DNA of 32,000 nucleotides from Nitrososphaera viennensis EN76 (GTDB lineage Archaea; Thermoproteota; Nitrososphaeria; Nitrososphaerales; Nitrososphaeraceae): NCBI RefSeq assembly GCF_000698785.1, contig NZ_CP007536.1, positions 1,830,001 to 1,862,000 of the forward strand, read 5' to 3'. Shown piece by piece: positions 1 to 9,362 of this stretch (position 1 is its first letter; each line of letters starts with the position of its first letter). The notes under the pieces were generated by a model. It saw only the letters and a program-made list of their open reading frames with translations, ran no database searches and was not told where the DNA came from. The position numbers and the translations under genes were made by a program.

Positions 1-1
1 A

Positions 2-154
2 GAAGGGAAAATTCAGAATCTTACAGGTCTTCAAGATCCATATGAAGAACCTCTAAGTCCCGATCTCATAGTATATACAGCAAAGGAAACGATTGAGGAA
101 AGCACCAATAAAATACTTGTTAAGTTAAGAGAATCGGGATTCTTAGATAGATGA
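2..154 (+). CDS. cysC: Adenylyl-sulfate (APS) kinase, 3' end only (N-terminus lies outside the window)
   Basis: Frame 2 is open from the window edge to TGA at 152-154 and reads EGKIQNLTGLQDPYEEPLSPDLIVYTAKETIEESTNKILVKLRESGFLDR. The G-I-x-x-[FL]-TG-[IL]-x-DPYEEP-x-x-P-[ED]-L block matches the conserved C-terminal segment of APS kinases. It is absent from the ORF track because it is truncated. Confidence 0.6.
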   Translation, partial: EGKIQNLTGLQDPYEEPLSPDLIVYTAKETIEESTNKILVKLRESGFLDR

Positions 155-285
155 AAATTCATCCAACGCCGCTTCTCTCAAGATGAATCTTACTACTTTA
201 ATCTGAATCCGGGGATTTTGTATGTTAATACAAATGTATCCATCGTAAATCTTGCCTTTTTAGAATCTCTGACTTTGACGCAAAA

Positions 286-1491
286 TCAAATATCTCTTGT
301 CAATCTCTTGTATAGTGGAATAAGTTCATTCTTTGCCACGTTTTCCCATTTGTATTTTGTACCTATGAGATGAAGAGTGTTTTCATGCATTTCCTTCCAT
401 AGTGATTCGTTAGATAACAAGTCATCAATACACCGTGCAAAATGCTTGGGATCATCTTTCGAAAGTAGACCGATTTTTTCATCTTCGATCATCTTTGACC
501 ATCCTCCTATATCATTTGCAATCACAGGTAAGCCGCAAGCCATGTAATCATATAGTTTTAGAGGCGGTCCTAACTGTCTGGTGATATCATCATGTGATGT
601 TAAGATGCCCAGTTTGGAACGCAATAAGAACCCCAGAACTTCCTGCCGCTTCTTAAACCAAACATAATTGACTTCCTGATCGATTTTCTTCGTAATATTT
701 TTGACATTCTTGATGGAATCTCCATAGTCTGAAATATAGAATGTCGCGTCTTCTTTTACAAATGGAATACTTCTTGCAAACAAGTCGACATGTTCTCTAT
801 AATTGACCATTCCTGCGTATACCACATTCCTCTCTCTGATTGTATTATCGACATTAGATACGATAGGTCCACCTGGAGGCACTACAACAATAGGTTTGCT
901 TGTTATTCGATATTTTTCAACAAAATATTTCTTGAGCTCTTCACTTACAACTGTAACTGCATCAGATAAATCTATTATTTTTTGCTTGACATCGTGCAGA
1001 AATCTGTAAATGTTATCATCTCTCTTGCAGAGGCCTTGGGCAGCTATCTCTTCTGGCCAATCGTTGTGAATGTCGGACACAAGTGGTATGTCATATTTGT
1101 TTGCTAGTGCAGAACAAGCAAGCGCTGCTATGGGCTGGACAGCATGCAGAATATCAAATTCTTGTTTCTGCAGTATCTTTTGCATGCCTCCCTCTATGAT
1201 ACTTGCCATTCTAGTAAAGGAGCCTTCGGAAAGAAAAAGGCCAGAGGTGAGCCGTGAATAGGCCGTCTTGCGTATTAGCTTGTAGGCAGTCGACATCAAT
1301 CCGATCTTGGACATTGAAGAGGGAATGAATTCTACTTTCACATCGGAAACATTTACTAAATCTTCTTCGAAGGGTGTAAGAATAGTGGTTGCAACGCCAA
1401 GTTTGTCTAGATGTCTTGCTATTTCTTGTACTCGTACGAAGGATCCTGGACTACCATAACTCAAATGAGTTACGACAAATGCAATTTTCAT
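286..1491 (-). CDS. GT-B fold glycosyltransferase, family 4-like
   Basis: 401-aa ORF. The N-terminus KIAFVVTHLSYGSPGSF and the C-terminal half with GLPVIANDIGGWSKMIEDEKIGLL are typical of the GT4 nucleotide-sugar-binding region. It lies in a glycan gene cluster. Confidence 0.85.
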   Translation of the reverse strand: MKIAFVVTHLSYGSPGSFVRVQEIARHLDKLGVATTILTPFEEDLVNVSDVKVEFIPSSMSKIGLMSTAYKLIRKTAYSRLTSGLFLSEGSFTRMASIIEGGMQKILQKQEFDILHAVQPIAALACSALANKYDIPLVSDIHNDWPEEIAAQGLCKRDDNIYRFLHDVKQKIIDLSDAVTVVSEELKKYFVEKYRITSKPIVVVPPGGPIVSNVDNTIRERNVVYAGMVNYREHVDLFARSIPFVKEDATFYISDYGDSIKNVKNITKKIDQEVNYVWFKKRQEVLGFLLRSKLGILTSHDDITRQLGPPLKLYDYMACGLPVIANDIGGWSKMIEDEKIGLLSKDDPKHFARCIDDLLSNESLWKEMHENTLHLIGTKYKWENVAKNELIPLYKRLTRDI

Positions 1492-1620
1492 CCCATTGAA
1501 TCACATCTCGTATGAGATCTAGTTATAGTTATTAACAATGTAGAGTCTTAATTATAGAGTCTTCTTATAAGTGGTTCTATCATCATAAGTTTGTATGATA
1601 TATGCTGAGTCAATTGAAAG

Positions 1621-2556
1621 ATGAGATTTTTGCTCAAGCTAATATTTATTAGGTATGTTCTAAGAGATATCGTGATAAAGTCTATCTGGCCTAACTTCTT
1701 TATCGTTGGTGCTCATAAAGGTGGGACCACCTCACTTTATGAATATTTAACTCAAGTTCCAGATATCTATATGTCCAAGATGAAAGAGCCACATTTTTTT
1801 GCTCCAAACGTTCAACCTACTTCCAAATTTCCTTATAAGGTAATAAGATCTGAGCAAAAGTATTTGGATCTATTTAAGGATGGAGAAACAAAACTTGCGG
1901 TTGGTGAAGCCAGTACATCCTACCTATGGGATCCAAAATCTCCTCATCTCATATCTGAAAAGATACCAAATGCAAAAATAATAATGATTCTGCGAGATCC
2001 TGTAACCAGAGCTTTCTCGCACTACTTGATGAGTTTTAGAGGAGGTGTAGAAACACTGCCTTTTTACGATGCATTGGTAAAAGATTATGCTCTGCAAAGA
2101 AAAGGCTTTGGAATTTCCAATTTATACATCGAGCTAGGATTCTATTCTGAACAAGTAAAGAAATACTTGGAAATATTTGGTAAGGAGAATGTAAAGATCC
2201 TCATTTTCGAGGAGTTCATCCAGAATACTGAACATTCAGTAATTGATACACTGAAATTCCTGAGAATACAATCAAAGGTGCCAAATAATATAGATACTGC
2301 TTACAATTCATTTTTTGTTCCTAGAAACAACCTTGTTCTTTCATTACTGCGGAATCGAGCTGTTTCTGCATTAGCGGGAACTTTGCCAACATCTCTTATA
2401 GACTGGCTCAGGGGAAATAAGCTTCTTTTCAAAAAAACTGGAAAGCCACAAATTAGTGCGAAAGAAAGACAGTTTTTGACGGAAATATATCGTGATGATG
2501 TTGCAGCGCTAAGTTCTATACTTGGTCGCCGCCTACCATGGACCTGTCAATTCTAA
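1621..2556 (+). CDS. PAPS-dependent sulfotransferase (Sulfotransfer_1-like)
   Basis: It carries a 5'-phosphosulfate-binding loop, FFIVGAHKGGTTSLYEYL (K-x-G-T-T). It also carries a 3'-phosphate-binding motif, ILRDPVTRAFSHY (RDP-x-x-R-x-x-S). An APS kinase gene fragment lies 1.5 kb away. Confidence 0.8.
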   Translation: MRFLLKLIFIRYVLRDIVIKSIWPNFFIVGAHKGGTTSLYEYLTQVPDIYMSKMKEPHFFAPNVQPTSKFPYKVIRSEQKYLDLFKDGETKLAVGEASTSYLWDPKSPHLISEKIPNAKIIMILRDPVTRAFSHYLMSFRGGVETLPFYDALVKDYALQRKGFGISNLYIELGFYSEQVKKYLEIFGKENVKILIFEEFIQNTEHSVIDTLKFLRIQSKVPNNIDTAYNSFFVPRNNLVLSLLRNRAVSALAGTLPTSLIDWLRGNKLLFKKTGKPQISAKERQFLTEIYRDDVAALSSILGRRLPWTCQF

Positions 2557-2572
2557 AATCCTTATCACTCGT

Positions 2573-4867
2573 TCATCTTATTTGATAGATTGCCAAATTA
2601 CCATACTTGGCTTGTTGAGTAGTATATTCCGGTGTCAATACTTCAAATATTCTCGTCTCATTATATAGGCTCCTAAACCTTTCATAAGCTCCGCCTGAGA
2701 CTGGTGTGACAATGTATTGGATATCCATATCTTTGAGTTTAGTCACAACGCTAGCTGTGTCATTTCCGGTAAGAGTATTTTTTAACACTGCCAGATCGAT
2801 GATAGTTTCCATTTTTAAAACTTCAAGACCTGTTCGGTATGAAAACCAATCAATTCCATAAGCTAATATGCGGCCTTCCATATTGCGTCCTTTGAAATAA
2901 TCATGAACTGCAAGAGTCGCCGGTCCGAAGGACAATGAAGAAAGGTTTTGTCGATTAGTCTCTTCATAGGATCCATTATTGGTCGCTATGACTTGCATTG
3001 TTCCAGCTATATATGGAATCACTGCGCCCAACAAAATTACAGCTATAGCACCCTTGAGTAAATATGGAGCTATTTTTGTAAGAAAATTAAAGTTAATTTT
3101 TTGTACAGAAAATATTGAAGCAAAGATCGCAATCGAATATACTATGTATTGGAGAAATGGCTCTTGAGATATTATTCTGGATTTGAGTGAAAAGAGTGTT
3201 GAATTATATTCGAAGTAAGTTAGAACGTATGTTGCAAAAATGATTGCCGCGATAATGAGGAACTTTAGCCTATTGTGTGAGTCACCCTCATTAATTATGG
3301 AAGAAATTCCTATAACTGTTAATACCGACATTATGGCAATTACATCCAAGGTATGCCTGAACGTAGATTGATCATTGTAATTAATGCCCGCAAATACACA
3401 GATCCAGTTTACAACTACTATGATGAGCACAATTGGTAATAGAACTTGACCACTCTGTCTTCTGAAATTTCTCAATATAGTAGCAATCCTTGGTACGAAT
3501 AGTAACCCACCTAGTGCGGGGGCAACAAAAATGTAGCCTATATTAAAAAACATATTCTGAAAGTTCTGCGGCTTAATGGGAAATGCAGCCTCTCCCAAAC
3601 CTTTAAGGGCAATATTCGATGCCCATGGATAATCCACAGCGCTTCCTGGTGTAATAAAGAAACCTGCATATGTTCTAATTATTGGTGAGCCCCAAATACC
3701 CGTCATCATAATTACGAATATGACTGCAGGAACAAACATCAGAGCAAATGGAATTATCCTTGTATTGTATTCTGCACGATATGAGCGCGAGAAATAATAC
3801 AAAATGGCAAGGCTGACCACTTGGATCACAATAAGAGAAGTAGAATGTTCGACAAAGAAATCTGATAACGTACTATTCAACAAGAAGGAGATTGGTACCA
3901 ATAATTGCAGCGCAAATGGTGCAATCCAGAATTTTCCAATCTGCCTATGACCAAGCAGTACTAATGAGAAGATCGGAAGAAGAAATAGCAAACCTGCATC
4001 TTTTGTAAGAACCATTCCACAAGCACTGGCGCCTGCTAGTATTGTCCATAGTATACTACTCGATTTCTTTGATTTTATTACGCCAAGAATCGCTGTAATA
4101 AAGAAAGCTGAAAATAGTAAATCTGCATTATAGGGGGCAGTGGTTAAGTAGAAAAACATGGGAGGGGAAATTAGTGTAATTATGATTACCCAAGAGCGTC
4201 GAATACGGGGATAGATCTCCTTTGCCAATAAGGAAATACTGATACATAGATGAATCGCAAACAAGATAGGAAGTAACTTAAATGAGTCTGTAAACGGGAT
4301 TATTTTTAAAGAGTAGGCATAAATTGCAGATACTCCTGGCGTTAGAGCTGGCTGCCCTCCTAAGGTGGTATAAGATAGAATGGGATCTGACGGTATAAAA
4401 CCGTTTTTTAGAAGTCCCAAAGAATATGGCAAATAATAATTTGCAGTATCATATGAAAGTTCAACAGGAATGATCAGTACAAGATAGCTATAGAACAATA
4501 ACAACGCAATAATGAAAAGGTACTCGGGTTGCTTAAGATAATGTTTTAATTGTTGAAAGATATTGACCGATAAAATTCTAGATTTGATCAAAATTGCCGA
4601 TGCAACAATGATGCTAGCTATTGTGATAACATAGAAAATATCTCCAATATGTACAAAATTGGCAAAGCCAATGGTAGTTGTGGGTACAATTATAGCCATT
4701 TCTCCAATTACTATGGAAAAAAGGAGAATGTCTTTTTTGGAGAGTTCTCTAAATTGCTGTCTTGAATTCTTCAGACCGAGCAATGTCACCGCATATGGAA
4801 TGAAAATAGCTAAACCTGCAAGAATAGAGATAATACTCAGCTCTAAATATTGCACGGAAACCGTCAT
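2573..4867 (-). CDS. Large polytopic membrane protein, GT-C-fold (ArnT/PMT-like) glycosyltransferase candidate with a C-terminal soluble domain
   Basis: 764-aa ORF with many hydrophobic segments. It has an early loop with an acidic/aromatic motif (VELSYDTANYYLPY) and a soluble tail of about 130 aa. No WWDYG motif is present, so it is not called AglB/STT3. Confidence 0.65.
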   Translation of the reverse strand: MTVSVQYLELSIISILAGLAIFIPYAVTLLGLKNSRQQFRELSKKDILLFSIVIGEMAIIVPTTTIGFANFVHIGDIFYVITIASIIVASAILIKSRILSVNIFQQLKHYLKQPEYLFIIALLLFYSYLVLIIPVELSYDTANYYLPYSLGLLKNGFIPSDPILSYTTLGGQPALTPGVSAIYAYSLKIIPFTDSFKLLPILFAIHLCISISLLAKEIYPRIRRSWVIIITLISPPMFFYLTTAPYNADLLFSAFFITAILGVIKSKKSSSILWTILAGASACGMVLTKDAGLLFLLPIFSLVLLGHRQIGKFWIAPFALQLLVPISFLLNSTLSDFFVEHSTSLIVIQVVSLAILYYFSRSYRAEYNTRIIPFALMFVPAVIFVIMMTGIWGSPIIRTYAGFFITPGSAVDYPWASNIALKGLGEAAFPIKPQNFQNMFFNIGYIFVAPALGGLLFVPRIATILRNFRRQSGQVLLPIVLIIVVVNWICVFAGINYNDQSTFRHTLDVIAIMSVLTVIGISSIINEGDSHNRLKFLIIAAIIFATYVLTYFEYNSTLFSLKSRIISQEPFLQYIVYSIAIFASIFSVQKINFNFLTKIAPYLLKGAIAVILLGAVIPYIAGTMQVIATNNGSYEETNRQNLSSLSFGPATLAVHDYFKGRNMEGRILAYGIDWFSYRTGLEVLKMETIIDLAVLKNTLTGNDTASVVTKLKDMDIQYIVTPVSGGAYERFRSLYNETRIFEVLTPEYTTQQAKYGNLAIYQIR

Positions 4868-5036
4868 TGTAGGGTAAATAAAAACATTGATGTTCTATAC
4901 GATGTAGATATTATTTTGATTTGATCTTATTATACAGTAGCTGGACTAGCAAGTTGGGCTAATATAGTAGATAATTTACTATGTATATCAAAAACATCTA
5001 TCAATATTCATGAATCACTTGATTTTCCTATTGATA

Positions 5037-6062
5037 TCAGAATACATCGAAATCTCCTAGAGAAAAGAACCAATTGCAGGGATTATAGAAGTCAACTAAG
5101 CGGGTAGGTGATAATTGTTTTATACAAAGTGCCAATGGATGCGGTCTAAGTTTATCTGGCAGTTCATGAAACCCCGCTAATTTCAAGTAATAATAAGGTG
5201 GATTATTTTTGAGAAAACCAGATAGCACGATTGATATATCTTCGGACTCTAGGGAATAAGCACAGAAACTGTGAATTAGATCTTTTGCAATTTCCTTATT
5301 CGAGGCTTTTATCTCGCAAATAATTGAAATCTTCCTTTTGTCTATTGAAATTGCGCGGCCTATCAGATAACTTGTTCTGTCGCGTCTATGGATGAATCTA
5401 ACATATTCTCTTATCGAACTCGAGTTGAATCTCCAGTTGAGATATTTTGCATTACGTTCTCGAAATATTGGAAAGACTTCAAGGGATGGTTCCGCAACAC
5501 AATGCTCTTCTGTAAACAGGGTTGTCAATAATTGGGTAGATTCTACGGCGCCTTTATCTATCCTATAGATCATTCTATCAATAAATGAGGGAATATTTTT
5601 ATTAACTTTCGAAGGTCTAATTAATTTGAATAATATGGGAATTTTAATTACTTCATATCCAATTCTCTTATGTAAGTTAAATGAATTTGCATTAGGCATT
5701 CCAAATGTAAATTGACCGCCGAATTGTTTATGAATATGCGCAAAAAGGGAACTAACAAGATGGCGGCCTCTATACGCATCTTCTGTCGCGATATTGAGCG
5801 TCATGTGATGAATTCTATTTGTTCCATTGACTATAATTGATGTTGGAATGCTGGCAACCTGACTCACTAGTTGATTTTCTTTTGTAAAAAATCCGACCAC
5901 TAGTGCTTGACCTGCGGGATTATCAATATATTGCCAATCATAGAATTCAGACCTGCCTACCTCGCTATTATTTCCATATACAGCCTTCATCAATCTAAGA
6001 CTTTCTGTTTTGTCATTTATCAGGTCAAGAACCCTCAGCTCCAAGTCTTGATGGGCAGTCAA
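5037..6062 (-). CDS. GNAT-family acyl/acetyltransferase-like protein of the type found in exopolysaccharide loci
   Basis: 341-aa ORF. It has WQYIDNPAG near the N-terminus and a motif-A-like segment AYRGRHLVSSLFAHI (R-G-R-x-L). The assignment is from motif memory only. Confidence 0.55.
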   Translation of the reverse strand: MTAHQDLELRVLDLINDKTESLRLMKAVYGNNSEVGRSEFYDWQYIDNPAGQALVVGFFTKENQLVSQVASIPTSIIVNGTNRIHHMTLNIATEDAYRGRHLVSSLFAHIHKQFGGQFTFGMPNANSFNLHKRIGYEVIKIPILFKLIRPSKVNKNIPSFIDRMIYRIDKGAVESTQLLTTLFTEEHCVAEPSLEVFPIFRERNAKYLNWRFNSSSIREYVRFIHRRDRTSYLIGRAISIDKRKISIICEIKASNKEIAKDLIHSFCAYSLESEDISIVLSGFLKNNPPYYYLKLAGFHELPDKLRPHPLALCIKQLSPTRLVDFYNPCNWFFSLGDFDVF

Positions 6063-6106
6063 TTCTATAGTCTATATTTTAATAGCAGATTATAAATGCT
6101 AAATTA

Positions 6107-6949
6107 TTGAATTTACTGGGAATAGATTTTGAAGAATGGTTTCACATAGAACTAATCCAACGCAATTTGAAAACTATGACCACAAATCTGAGCGTTATAC
6201 ATAGTATCGACAAAATAATCGACTGGCTAAGGAGGAATGATACTTATGCGACATTTTTCATGGTAGGCGAACTTCTAAAAGCGAGACCTGAATTGCTAGA
6301 TAAAATTCTAAGCAACGGCCACGAAATAGCTTTTCATACAATGCGACATACCCGGCTAGATTCTACTTCTTACAATAAGGAGCTTTTTGAACGTGAAATT
6401 AAAGAATTTCAAAAGCTAACATCGCATAAATCGAAAGGCTTCAGGGCACCTTCTTTCTCCTTGTGTCATAATACGTCGTGGGCAATAGATGTGCTGTATG
6501 AAAACAATTACATTTACGATAGCAGCATAGTTCCTGCGAAAACTCGCTTATACGGAGTTCCCGGAGCAGAACACAGTCCATATAGAATATCTAATTTATC
6601 CATAGAGCACGATGATAAAGATGGAAGAATCATAGAATTTCCATTGTTGACGACAAGGATTCTTGGAAAGTCTATTCCTGCCGCCGGTGGATTCTATCTC
6701 CGGACTCTTCCAATGTGGATGATAGAAAGAGCCATCCTAGATGTTAACAATAAAGGGAAACCTGCCGCATTCTATATACATTCATGGGAAATCGCGCCGG
6801 AATTCATGCCAAAAATATCTCTTCCACTTATTGATAATTTCATCACATATTATAATTTGACTTATGCATTTCGACGCATGGATTATCTTTTAAAGAAGTT
6901 CAAATTTTCATCATTTGATAATTTTATTCGCTACAACAATCCAAACTGA
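6107..6949 (+). CDS. Polysaccharide deacetylase (CE4 NodB-like, DUF3473-type)
   Basis: TTG start. The N-terminus LGIDFEEWFH resembles the DVEDYF-type start of the EPS-locus deacetylase subfamily. Other motifs are ATFFMVGE, HEIAFHTMRH and a conserved RAPSFS segment. Confidence 0.8.
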   Translation: MNLLGIDFEEWFHIELIQRNLKTMTTNLSVIHSIDKIIDWLRRNDTYATFFMVGELLKARPELLDKILSNGHEIAFHTMRHTRLDSTSYNKELFEREIKEFQKLTSHKSKGFRAPSFSLCHNTSWAIDVLYENNYIYDSSIVPAKTRLYGVPGAEHSPYRISNLSIEHDDKDGRIIEFPLLTTRILGKSIPAAGGFYLRTLPMWMIERAILDVNNKGKPAAFYIHSWEIAPEFMPKISLPLIDNFITYYNLTYAFRRMDYLLKKFKFSSFDNFIRYNNPN

Positions 6950-7041
6950 GTCACTATGATCGATCTATATAATCTGATTATTGGCGTACAGATATTTGCT
7001 CCCACTTCTGAATATTCAGCCAAGATCGCATTTCGAAAAGC

Positions 7042-8211
7042 CTATATTTTTGATTGATTTTTCCTTCCAAAGAATAAGAAAATACAAAGTGTAACACTCT
7101 GAAGAACCAATGATCCAAGAGCTGCTATTGCTAATCCGATAAGCCCAAGTTCTCGTCCAAGAAGTAGGACAAGAATCGATAAAGCACTGATGTACACAAC
7201 GGCTGCAATGAAAACCGGTCTACTTGTTTCTCGCCCAAACAGCCTTGATGTCATAATGGCATTAGCTGTCATTGGAATTAATCCAAAGATCATTATCTGA
7301 GCAGACTGCATAGATTCCAAAAAGTGATCGAAAAAGGAGCTAATTATTGGAGGGATTGCAAAATAGAAAATAATAGAGAAAGCTACCGCTGTTCCAAGTC
7401 CTAGAATTACTACTTTCTTATTTTGATAATGTGTACTTTCACGAGGAAGAAGAAATTGGAATATGCTAAGTGGAATTACTGATAGAAACATGAAAAATTG
7501 AAATGATATCTGGTATAATCCCAGAATGCCAAATCCAAATAACGGCGTTACTAACAATTTATCTGCATTGTTAGTTACGCTGTTTGACAAGGTCAGGGCG
7601 TAACTATGAATTATGAACGATCTTTTCTCTTTCACATCATCTAGTTTCATTGTGAAGTTGCTCATTGATCTGAAAAAGTTAAAGGCGAATGTCAAAGTTG
7701 AAAGGGCGTATCCTAAGATGACTCCATCGACCCCCATTACAGTATATAGTAATATAGAAAGAAAAACCTGCACAGCTCTCTGAGACAAAATAATGATGGA
7801 GAATTTTCTGTAATCCTTATTCGCCAATGTCTCGGCCCATGACATGGTGAAAAACGACAAACCGATTAACGATAATATTACGAAAATGTTTTGAACTATA
7901 AAAAATAGTATTGGCAATATTATCAGATTTGATATGAGAACAATTAAATTTGCTTGATATTTGATATTGGTCTTTCCTTTTGCAAGATATGTTATTACGG
8001 TATTCTGGAGCCCTAACAGTGAAATACTTGCAACAATCGAAATAATGGCTAGATAATAGTTTAGTCTTCCATAATCCTCAACGCGCATTATTGACGCCAT
8101 AAACAGCCAAAAAAAGGCTCCAATAATTGAGGCTAAAGTATTGCCAGAAGCTACCTGTAATAATCCTTTTTCAAGTCCAAACAGATTTCGTACTCTTGAG
8201 AGTCTATTCAT
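7042..8211 (-). CDS. Wzx-like oligosaccharide flippase (MOP superfamily polysaccharide biosynthesis protein)
   Basis: 389-aa ORF made almost entirely of hydrophobic helices (about 10-12). The N-terminal segment GNTLASIIGAFFWLFMASIM is typical of Wzx/PST proteins. It sits in a glycan cluster. Confidence 0.7.
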   Translation of the reverse strand: MNRLSRVRNLFGLEKGLLQVASGNTLASIIGAFFWLFMASIMRVEDYGRLNYYLAIISIVASISLLGLQNTVITYLAKGKTNIKYQANLIVLISNLIILPILFFIVQNIFVILSLIGLSFFTMSWAETLANKDYRKFSIIILSQRAVQVFLSILLYTVMGVDGVILGYALSTLTFAFNFFRSMSNFTMKLDDVKEKRSFIIHSYALTLSNSVTNNADKLLVTPLFGFGILGLYQISFQFFMFLSVIPLSIFQFLLPRESTHYQNKKVVILGLGTAVAFSIIFYFAIPPIISSFFDHFLESMQSAQIMIFGLIPMTANAIMTSRLFGRETSRPVFIAAVVYISALSILVLLLGRELGLIGLAIAALGSLVLQSVTLCIFLFFGRKNQSKI

Positions 8212-8391
8212 TCATATCACATTTGATTTCCTCTGGTCCGACTGCAGCTGAATGTCTGTCTTGTTCTGTAATTGCAGTTGATTATTCGAACGGATAGTGA
8301 AAGTTGTCTCTATATATAATACTTTTACATCACATATAACATAATTTATTTATATACCATTCTTCGTCTTCCTAACGAAGAATCGATCATT

Positions 8392-9297
8392 TTGAATCCA
8401 TATTCTAATCTAAAGATCATAGTTTGCATTCCCGCTTATAATGAAGCCAAAAATATAGTAAGAGTAGTAGAAAGAGCTGCTGCATATTGCAGTGAAGTTA
8501 TTGTATGTGATGACGGATCGATTGATGGAACTAGCGATGCGGCAAGAACTGGAGGCGCGACGGTTATACAACACTCGGTAAACAAAGGGTACGGCGCTGC
8601 AATAAAGACTCTTTTCAATGCTGCTCGGAAAATGAACGCTGATGTTCTGGTAACAATAGACTCTGACGGACAGCATAATCCAGATCAGATCCCTAGTCTG
8701 ATCAATCCGATATTAACCAATAAAGCGGACATTGTAATAGGTTCGAGATTTATTATGAAGAGCGATCAGGAACAAGTGCCAATTTATAGAGCAATTGGTA
8801 TTAAGGCAATAACAAAGCTCACCCAGATAATCTCTTACGACGAAATTACGGATGCCCAGAGTGGTTTTAGAGCATATAGTAAGAAGGCATTATCTTCAAT
8901 AGAATTGAAGGAGGAAGGAATGGCAGTATCCGCAGAGATATTGGTCAGAGCCAAGGATCATGGATTAAGAATAGATGAGGTTCCAGTAACCATAACATAT
9001 GCTGTTGAAGACGCCTCGACACAGAATCCCATTTCCCATGGTCTTGGAATAGTAGTTGCTATCGTAAAGTTTGTTTCGATAAAGCACCCATTGGCATTCT
9101 ATGGCCTTCCTGGATTGGCCTTCCTGATACTTGCAGCAGTGTTTGCAGGAGATGTCACTGCCTACTTTGCTAATGGGAAAAACGTTCCTACCAACATATT
9201 GATACTGGCTATTGGCAGTGCACTGATGGGTCTTATTTTGGTCATAACAGGGACGATCCTCTATTCTCTGGCAGGAATCCGAAAGGCTTACAGATAG
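8392..9297 (+). CDS. GT2 glycosyltransferase, dolichyl-phosphate hexose synthase-like, with C-terminal TM helices
   Basis: Motifs are KIIVCIPAYNEAKNI, VIVCDDGSIDGTSD and TIDSDGQHNP (a DxD-type motif). Two C-terminal hydrophobic helices are present. Confidence 0.85.
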   Translation: MNPYSNLKIIVCIPAYNEAKNIVRVVERAAAYCSEVIVCDDGSIDGTSDAARTGGATVIQHSVNKGYGAAIKTLFNAARKMNADVLVTIDSDGQHNPDQIPSLINPILTNKADIVIGSRFIMKSDQEQVPIYRAIGIKAITKLTQIISYDEITDAQSGFRAYSKKALSSIELKEEGMAVSAEILVRAKDHGLRIDEVPVTITYAVEDASTQNPISHGLGIVVAIVKFVSIKHPLAFYGLPGLAFLILAAVFAGDVTAYFANGKNVPTNILILAIGSALMGLILVITGTILYSLAGIRKAYR

Positions 9298-9362
9298 ATT
9301 GAAAATTCCCAAAAAACTCGGTAATACTTTTATACAGCCTCCTAGTAGGAGTTTACGTAAAA

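Larger units (their letters stand above)
1..9300. other. AT-rich surface-glycan biosynthesis island (compositionally distinct from the rest of the window)
   Basis: Hand counts of 60-nt lines starting at 1621, 4441 and 7501 give 17, 19 and 20 G+C of 60. Lines at 20641 and 22021 give 33 and 36 of 60. The gene content is entirely glycan and sulfation related. Confidence 0.7.

Noticed and set aside
2573-4867. Possibility that the 764-aa membrane protein is the oligosaccharyltransferase AglB/STT3
   Set aside because: There is no WWDYG motif or DK/MI-type motif anywhere in the sequence, so it is kept as a generic GT-C-like candidate.
8359-8383. Hairpin ATTCTTCG-n9-CGAAGAAT between the TATA-like box and the GT2 start
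   Set aside because: By my estimate, several 8-bp-arm inverted repeats with short loops are expected by chance in 32 kb of AT-rich DNA. It is not repeated elsewhere.
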